The notes beneath the pieces are model-generated. The model had not been told where the DNA came from, did no database searches, and worked only from the letters and a program-made list of their open reading frames with translations. Shown here piece after piece: positions 58,046-64,000 of a stretch of 64,000 nucleotides of DNA (the first letter of the stretch is position 1; every line of letters starts with the position of its first letter). The position numbers and the translations under genes are program-made. This stretch comes from Patescibacteria group bacterium (GTDB lineage: Bacteria > Patescibacteriota > Patescibacteriia > XYB2-FULL-38-15), in NCBI GenBank assembly GCA_041650995.1, contig JBAZJZ010000001.1:363302-427301 (forward strand). The letters are read 5' to 3'.

Positions 58046-58074
58046 ATAATATTCCATTATTACCTTTTTGTCAA
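58046..58074 (-). promoter_or_regulatory. G8 promoter (GGGATTGACAAAA-17-TATTAT), followed by about 270-nt hairpin-rich leader
   Basis: minus-strand TTGACA at 58074-58069. Confidence 0.5.
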
Positions 58075-58087
58075 TCCCTCTTTTGAT

Positions 58088-58154
58088 GTCATTCCCCGGC
58101 TTGACCGGGGAATCCAGAAATAGGAACTGGATCCCCGATCGGGTCGGGGATGAC
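58088..58154. mobile_element. MITE-like double-hairpin repeat, copy C (variant loops)
   Basis: GTCATTCCCCGGCTTGACCGGGGAATCCAG..CTGGATCCCCGATCGGGTCGGGGATGAC. Confidence 0.65.
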
Positions 58155-58197
58155 AAAAAACAAACTTCTGGCGAAGCTTGTTTTCTCAAAAACATTA

Positions 58198-58206
58198 TGG
58201 TATAAT
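58198..58206 (+). promoter_or_regulatory. gyrB extended -10 promoter TGGTATAAT
   Basis: TGnTATAAT; leader contains agctcaaa..tttgagct hairpin. Confidence 0.45.
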
Positions 58207-58294
58207 TAAGATAATAAAACTTAGCAAATTATACCCAATTTCCAAGCTCAAAATTCAATAGATTTGAGCTTTGAGTTTTGAGTTTATTTTTATT

Positions 58295-60328
58295 ATGTCT
58301 CCAAAAGTTAAAACCAAAAAAGAAGAATACGGCGCGAAACAAATTACCGTTTTGGAAGGATTGGAAGCAGTCCGTCGCCGGCCGGGTATGTACATTGGTT
58401 CCACCGGCCCGGAAGGTTTGCATCATTTAGTTTGGGAAGTTGTTGATAACTCAATTGATGAAGCCATGGCCGGACACTGCACGGAAATTCAAGTCCGTCT
58501 TTTGCCAGGAAATCGCGCCTCAGTTTCAGATAACGGCCGCGGCATTCCGGTTGAAATTCATAAACAAACAAAAAAATCAGCCTTGGAAACGGTTTTAACA
58601 ATCCTCCACGCCGGCGGAAAATTCGGCGAGGGCGGATATAAAGTTTCCGGTGGTTTGCACGGCGTCGGCGTTTCAGTTGTAAATGCACTTTCAAAATACA
58701 TGCGCGCCGAAGTGAGGCGCGACGGAAAACTTTGGGCGCAAGAATATGCCAAAGGAAAACCTCAGGGAAAAGTAAAACCGGTTGGAAACGCCCGTGGCAC
58801 TGGCACGACAATTATTTTTGAACCTGATCCGGAAATTTTTACCACAACCGATTTTGATTTACAAACTATCCTCACCCATCTTCGCCAGCAGGCCTATCTC
58901 ACCAAGGGCGTAAAAATTTTAATTTTTGATGAACGAACGGCGGAGAAAGGAAAAAAGAAAGACCAACCGACTTATGCTTTTTATTTTGAAGACGGCGTCG
59001 CTTCTTACGTTGGTTTTTTAAACCATCATAAAGAATTAAAACAGGAAAATGTTTTTTATGTTCAAAAAGAATCCGCGGGCGTTGGCGTGGAAGTGGCCGT
59101 TCAATACACTGCTGATTTTAAAGAAACTGTTTACGCGTTTTGCAATAATATTTTTAATCCGGAAGGCGGATCGCACATGGTTGGTTTTCGCACGGCTCTA
59201 ACTCGTGTTTTAAATAACTACGCAAGAACAAAGGGATATTTGAAAGAAAAAGATGAAAACCTGACTGGCGAAGATGTGCGCGAAGGTTTGACTGCCGTCG
59301 TCTCCGTTAAAGTTAAAGATCCGCAATTTGAAGGCCAGACTAAAGCAAAACTCGGCAACCCCGAAGTACGGCCGGCGGTTGATACAATTTTCTCCGAAGC
59401 TCTTACAACATTTTTGGAAGAACATCCGCGCGACGCCGAAGGAATTATTGAAAAAAGTATTTTGGCATCCCGCGCGAGAAACGCGGCTCGTGTCGCGCGC
59501 GAAACAATTTTAAGAAAAGGTGTTTTGGAAGGATTAACTCTTCCTGGAAAACTTTCCGACTGTTCAAGCCGCGAGTCGGAAAAAACTGAACTCTACATCG
59601 TTGAGGGCGATTCCGCCGGCGGTTCGGCAAAACAAGGCCGCGACCGAGATTTCCAGGCGATTTTGCCTCTGCGCGGAAAAATTTTAAACGTGGAACGGGC
59701 GCGCTTGGATAAAATGCTCGCGAACAATGAGATAAAATCATTGATCATTGCCATGGGCACAAACATCGGCGAACAATTTGATATCACAGGCTTAAGATAT
59801 GGAAAAATTATTATTATGACTGATGCCGACGTTGACGGTGCCCACATCCGCACACTACTTTTGACTCTTTTCTTCCGATATTTTCCGGACTTAATTACCA
59901 AAGGACATATTTTCATTGCCCAACCGCCGCTTTATAAAGTTCAATCCGGTAAAGAAGCCCACTATGTTTTCAGTGATGAAGAAAAAGATAAAGTTGTCGC
60001 CGAATTACAGAAGAATAAAAAACCTGATACTAAAAAATTAAAAAGGGAAACTGAAGAAAAAGTAGAAGGTGAGATCGCGGAAGGCGAAGAAGCAACCGCG
60101 ACTATTTCCGGCATCAATATTCAGCGCTACAAAGGTTTGGGCGAAATGAATCCTGAACAACTTTGGGAAACAACCATGAATCCGGCCAGCCGTCTTATGA
60201 AACAAGTAAACGTTCAAGACGCCGCGGCAGCTGATGAAACTTTTAGTATTTTAATGGGCGACGAAGTTGAGCCGCGAAAAAGATTTATTCAGACTCACGC
60301 GAAAGCAGTGAAAAATTTGGATATATAA
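58295..60328 (+). CDS. gyrB: DNA gyrase subunit B
   Basis: GHKL ATPase motifs, Toprim EGDSAGG, C-terminal GyrB tail. Confidence 0.9.
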   Translation: MSPKVKTKKEEYGAKQITVLEGLEAVRRRPGMYIGSTGPEGLHHLVWEVVDNSIDEAMAGHCTEIQVRLLPGNRASVSDNGRGIPVEIHKQTKKSALETVLTILHAGGKFGEGGYKVSGGLHGVGVSVVNALSKYMRAEVRRDGKLWAQEYAKGKPQGKVKPVGNARGTGTTIIFEPDPEIFTTTDFDLQTILTHLRQQAYLTKGVKILIFDERTAEKGKKKDQPTYAFYFEDGVASYVGFLNHHKELKQENVFYVQKESAGVGVEVAVQYTADFKETVYAFCNNIFNPEGGSHMVGFRTALTRVLNNYARTKGYLKEKDENLTGEDVREGLTAVVSVKVKDPQFEGQTKAKLGNPEVRPAVDTIFSEALTTFLEEHPRDAEGIIEKSILASRARNAARVARETILRKGVLEGLTLPGKLSDCSSRESEKTELYIVEGDSAGGSAKQGRDRDFQAILPLRGKILNVERARLDKMLANNEIKSLIIAMGTNIGEQFDITGLRYGKIIIMTDADVDGAHIRTLLLTLFFRYFPDLITKGHIFIAQPPLYKVQSGKEAHYVFSDEEKDKVVAELQKNKKPDTKKLKRETEEKVEGEIAEGEEATATISGINIQRYKGLGEMNPEQLWETTMNPASRLMKQVNVQDAAAADETFSILMGDEVEPRKRFIQTHAKAVKNLDI

Positions 60329-60447
60329 GTGTTAAAGACTTTAAACTTGCGTTATTTTTCCCCTGTGCTATACTTTAGATAAATAGCCCCCAGGGCTGTT
60401 TTAAATACCATAAATTTCGCTAAAAATCGTTTAAAATACATAAAAAT

Positions 60448-60645
60448 ATGCAAGTCTCCATTCCCAGCAACAAATTAACAAATTACTTTCGCGATTCTTA
60501 CAGAGAATTAAAGAAAGTTGTCTGGCCAACAAAGCGTGAAACCATAAACCATACTCTGGTTGTGATTGGCATAAGTTTGGGCGTGGCCATTTTTTTAGGA
60601 GCTCTTGATTTTCTCTTCACCCGGATCCTGGAAAAATATTTATAA
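60448..60645 (+). CDS. secE: preprotein translocase subunit SecE
   Basis: 65 aa, single C-terminal TM, KVVWP motif; upstream of nusG. Confidence 0.8.
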   Translation: MQVSIPSNKLTNYFRDSYRELKKVVWPTKRETINHTLVVIGISLGVAIFLGALDFLFTRILEKYL

Positions 60646-60703
60646 TAAATTTGAAAACATAAATTTTTAACTTTTAATTTGACTGAGCGGAGCGAAGGAA
60701 TAT

Positions 60704-61249
60704 ATGCCTAAACAAATAGCTCAAAGAGGTCGACTCTGGTATGCGATTCACACTTATTCCGGATACGAAGAAAACGTCGCCCATAATTTAAAACAAAGAA
60801 TTGAATCCATGGCAATGCAGGACAAGATTTTTAATGTCTTGATTCCTACCGAGAAAAAGATAAAAATAAAAAACGGCAAGCGCCGAACGGTCATTGAAAA
60901 AATCTTTCCCGGTTATGTTTTGGTGGAAATGCTTGTCACCGACGATTCGTGGTATGTAGTCAGAAATACTCCGAACGTTACCGGCTTTATCGGCACGGGC
61001 ACAATCCCCACTCCCCTTTCTGAAGCTGAGATAAAAGTTTTGCAAAAAAGAATGGGCGAAGAAGAACCGCAATATAAAATTGATGTTACGGTTGGCGCGC
61101 CGGTTAAAATCAATGACGGACCGTTCAAAGGTTTTGAAGGAAAAATTTCCGCCATTGACGAAGCTCGCGGAAAAGTTAAAGTACTGGTAAGTATGTTCGG
61201 CCGCGAAACTCCGGTGGAATTGGATTTCTTACAAGTTAAAAAAATATAA
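60704..61249 (+). CDS. nusG: transcription antitermination factor NusG
   Basis: NGN domain WYAIHTYSGYE; KOW motif. Confidence 0.9.
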   Translation: MPKQIAQRGRLWYAIHTYSGYEENVAHNLKQRIESMAMQDKIFNVLIPTEKKIKIKNGKRRTVIEKIFPGYVLVEMLVTDDSWYVVRNTPNVTGFIGTGTIPTPLSEAEIKVLQKRMGEEEPQYKIDVTVGAPVKINDGPFKGFEGKISAIDEARGKVKVLVSMFGRETPVELDFLQVKKI

Positions 61250-61316
61250 AATAAAAGTGCATTGTTAAATTGCTAAAGGCTTCTAGTTTAGCTCTTAACA
61301 ATCCAACTTAAAAAGT

Positions 61317-61739
61317 ATGGCAAAAAAAATTAAAACAATTATAAAATTACAAATCGAAGCTGGCAAAGCAAATCCAGCGCCGCCAATCGGCCCGGCACTT
61401 GGTCAACACGGTTTGAATATTGCTGAATTCTGCACGAAGTTCAACGCCGCGACTGCTAAAATGGCTGGTGATGTTATTCCCGCGGAAATCACGGTTTTTG
61501 AAGATCGCACCTACACCTTCATTCTAAAAACCCCGCCGGCAGCTGAACTTTTAAAAAAAGCTGCTGGAATTGAAAAGGGTTCGGGAAAACCGCTTCAGGA
61601 AAAAGTTGGAAAAGTGACAAAAGCCCAGATTCGGGAAATCGCCGAGAAAAAAATGCCGGACTTAAACGCGAATGATATTGAAGCGGCGATGAGAATTATT
61701 GAAGGCACGGCAAGACAAATGGGATTGGAAGTAGTTTAA
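61317..61739 (+). CDS. rplK: 50S ribosomal protein L11
   Basis: L11 N-terminal PPIGPALG motif. Confidence 0.9.
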   Translation: MAKKIKTIIKLQIEAGKANPAPPIGPALGQHGLNIAEFCTKFNAATAKMAGDVIPAEITVFEDRTYTFILKTPPAAELLKKAAGIEKGSGKPLQEKVGKVTKAQIREIAEKKMPDLNANDIEAAMRIIEGTARQMGLEVV

Positions 61740-61757
61740 AAAATTTAAATTTAAATT

Positions 61758-62198
61758 TTGACTATGGCTTTCAAATTTAGCTCAATTCGAACTGTCTATT
61801 TCTACCTTATTGCCCTGATTTCCTTGATGATGATTGTTTGGGGAACGGTTGATCTCGCGAATCTCGGACTTAGAACTTGGGTTTTTAAAAACGCTGATAA
61901 AGCTGATGACTGGTCAATGCCCGCTCCGTATTACATGACAGCTGAAATAAAAATGGGAGAAACAGCAGAACGCTGCGCGGAAAAATGCGATATGACTGCC
62001 GAGGAAAAACAACAAATTCAAACTTGGCTTGCCGATTACAAAAATTGGCAGGATCAAAATAATCTCCGAAATGCGAGAAAACAAAAAAATGCCGTTCGGG
62101 ATATCTCCATGCTCGTTGTTGCCATTCCCCTATTTATTTGGCACTGGAAAATGATTAGCAAAGAAACTAAAGAGGCAAAAGAAAAGATGGAGTCATAG
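61758..62198 (+). CDS. hypothetical small membrane protein inserted between rplK and rplA
   Basis: two TM helices. Confidence 0.4.
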   Translation: MTMAFKFSSIRTVYFYLIALISLMMIVWGTVDLANLGLRTWVFKNADKADDWSMPAPYYMTAEIKMGETAERCAEKCDMTAEEKQQIQTWLADYKNWQDQNNLRNARKQKNAVRDISMLVVAIPLFIWHWKMISKETKEAKEKMES

Positions 62199-62337
62199 GC
62201 TCCATGTTGTCTGCGACGCTCGGGAAAAGCGCAAGCGCTCTTTCCTCTCGCTATCCTCGACAATAATAAAAAGTTTAATTAAAAAAATAATTTCGTGGGA
62301 GTCCGCCAAGGGCGGACGTTATTACCACCAAAAACTT

Positions 62338-63015
62338 ATGCGCGGAAAACGTTACCAGGAGGCAAAAAAATCTATTGACCCCAAAAAGAGTTATTCTCTC
62401 GCTGAGGCCCTGGACTTAATTAAAAATGGCCCTAAAGAAAAATTTGATGCCGGTGTGGAAGTCCACATCAAACTCGGCATTGATCCTAAAAAGGGCGACC
62501 AGTTAGTGCGCGGCACTTTAGTTTTGCCGCACGGAATCGGTAAGACCAAAAAAATCGCGGCTTTCGTTGAACCGGCTTTGGAAAAAGAAGCAAAAGAGGC
62601 CGGAGCGGAAATTGTCGGTGGCGAAGATTTAATTAAAGAAATTAAATCTTCAGAAAGAGCTAATTTTGAAATCGCCGTGGCCACTCCGACCATGATGGCT
62701 AAATTGGCGCAAATCGCGAAAATTTTGGGTCCAAAAGGTTTGATGCCAAATCCAAAAACAGAAACCGTTAACCCAAATATCAAAAAAATTATTGGTGAAT
62801 TAAAAAAGGGCAAAATCAACTTCAAAAATGATGACGGCGGAAATATCCATCAATTGCTCGGCAAAGTTTCTTACGATAAAGAAAAGCTTTTGGAAAATTT
62901 AACTGCTTTTGTTGAAGCGGTGAAAAAAGCAAAACCCGCCGCGGCCAAAGGCGTTTACATTCAAACCGCGGTGCTTTGTACTACAATGGGTCCGGGAATA
63001 AAACTCAGTGTCTAA
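62338..63015 (+). CDS. rplA: 50S ribosomal protein L1
   Basis: L1 family. Confidence 0.9.
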   Translation: MRGKRYQEAKKSIDPKKSYSLAEALDLIKNGPKEKFDAGVEVHIKLGIDPKKGDQLVRGTLVLPHGIGKTKKIAAFVEPALEKEAKEAGAEIVGGEDLIKEIKSSERANFEIAVATPTMMAKLAQIAKILGPKGLMPNPKTETVNPNIKKIIGELKKGKINFKNDDGGNIHQLLGKVSYDKEKLLENLTAFVEAVKKAKPAAAKGVYIQTAVLCTTMGPGIKLSV

Positions 63016-63155
63016 TCAAAATTTATTTAAAAAACACCCTCTAAACCGGGGTGTTTTTAGTTTGTTTTTAGATGCCATTTTATTCCTAAAATTTTAATTG
63101 CCTATTCTTTTTCATTTTGCTAAAATGTAAGGGCTAACTAACATATAAAATCCAT

Positions 63156-63686
63156 ATGGGAAATTTACAAAATCCTAGAAAAAATCGTTTATCTTGGGAT
63201 GAAACTTTTATGAATATGGCGCTGATCTTGGCACAACGCACCGCCTGCAAATTTCATACCGCCGGAGTCGTCTTGGTTGATAATAACAAAAGAATTGTCT
63301 CGGTCGGCTATAACGGTCCGACTGCTGGCGACGACCATTGTATCGAAGTCGGCTGCGCCAAAGTTGACGGCGATCCGGTCACTGGAAAATTAAAGCGCTG
63401 CCGCGGGGCGCACGCTGAAATAAACAGCATTATCAACGCGCAGGATACAAGAAGATTAAACGGCGCGACGGTTTATACCGCGCTTTACCCTTGCTACGAC
63501 TGCATGAAGGCATTTAACAACGTCGGTATAAAAGAAATCGTTTATTTTGAAAAATATGAACGGATAAAAACTGGCGGCGAAGGAAAAGAAGAAGAAAACG
63601 AAGCGCAGGAGTTGGCCGACAAACGCGGGATTATAATTAGAAAATACGACGGGCCGGTTTATTGCAACATTGATTTTACTGTATAA
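63156..63686 (+). CDS. dCMP/cytidine deaminase-family protein
   Basis: HAEINSI and PCYDCMK zinc-binding motifs. Confidence 0.8.
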   Translation: MGNLQNPRKNRLSWDETFMNMALILAQRTACKFHTAGVVLVDNNKRIVSVGYNGPTAGDDHCIEVGCAKVDGDPVTGKLKRCRGAHAEINSIINAQDTRRLNGATVYTALYPCYDCMKAFNNVGIKEIVYFEKYERIKTGGEGKEEENEAQELADKRGIIIRKYDGPVYCNIDFTV

Positions 63687-63703
63687 ATACGATTTTTATC
63701 AAT

Positions 63704-63762
63704 GTCATCCCCGACCTGATCGGGGATCCAGTAATCTGGATTCCCGCTTTCGCGGGAATGAC
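63704..63762. mobile_element. MITE-like double-hairpin repeat, copy D (opposite orientation)
   Basis: GTCATCCCCGACCTGATCGGGGATCCAG-TAAT-CTGGATTCCCGCTTTCGCGGGAATGAC, reverse complement of the A/B type. Confidence 0.65.
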
Positions 63763-63769
63763 AAATCAT

Positions 63770-64000
63770 ATGATTCTTGGAATAAAAAAACTACACGAAT
63801 TAGTTAAAGAAATAAATTTAGTAGAAAATTTATGCGACCGGGAAAAAAATAATCCCGAAGGCGCCGGTTTTGATTTGCGGCTCGGAGAAATTTACGAATT
63901 GGAAGGCGACGGATTTTTGGGTGTGGAAGAACGCAACACGCCGACCATTAAACTTGTGGCAAAAAATGAAGAAGGAAAACCGGAGAGCGAAAATTATTTT
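63770..64000 (+). CDS. dCTP deaminase/dUTPase-family protein, N-terminal part (runs off window end)
   Basis: GAGFDLRLGE motif. Confidence 0.45.
   Translation, partial: MILGIKKLHELVKEINLVENLCDREKNNPEGAGFDLRLGEIYELEGDGFLGVEERNTPTIKLVAKNEEGKPESENYF

Noticed and set aside
1-64000. CRISPR arrays, tRNA or rRNA genes
   Set aside because: Scanned spacers for regularly spaced identical direct repeats and for tRNA-like cloverleaf ends. Only heptamer micro-repeats and the MITE-like element were found, and no cas genes.

Overview
The window is an AT-rich bacterial chromosome segment (by eye roughly 35-40% G+C). Its gene content looks like a small-genome, CPR/Patescibacteria-like organism. Recognisable genes include mraZ-rsmH-ftsL, rplJ-rplL, secE-nusG-rplK-rplA, rpsB-tsf, rpmE-prfA-prmC, gapA, pgk, two tandem gpmI copies, a group-3-like cytoplasmic NiFe hydrogenase (alpha, delta, beta, gamma, hypA-like, hypC), gyrB, mltG, fpg, a P-type ATPase and an ECF sigma/anti-sigma pair. 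I found no rRNA, tRNA or CRISPR.

The unusual part is a dispersed set of at least nine short single-gene cassettes that are conspicuously G+C-rich and of unknown function (called G1-G9 here). Each has its own sigma70-type promoter built on a shared TTGACAAAA -35 core with 17-bp spacing, a long structured leader, a strong Shine-Dalgarno and a hairpin terminator. They sit in intergenic spacers, including inside conserved operons: between the NiFe hydrogenase small and large subunits, between prfA and prmC, and in the rplJ leader region. Two cassettes (G5, G8) are clear paralogs. They share a roughly 180-bp structured 3' flank with compensatory base changes in one hairpin and an outward extended -10 promoter (TGATATAAT) facing the next host gene.

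A 60-65 bp double-hairpin MITE-like repeat occurs in four copies, three of them next to G5 and G8. Tandem heptanucleotide repeats (CAATTAC/GTAATTG-like) recur in spacers and once inside the prmC coding sequence. A 24-bp duplication of the mraZ start, a candidate toxin-antitoxin pair, an SdpI-like immunity gene and a holin-like gene are also noted.

All functional calls are from motif and pattern recognition on the translations; nothing was searched against a database.
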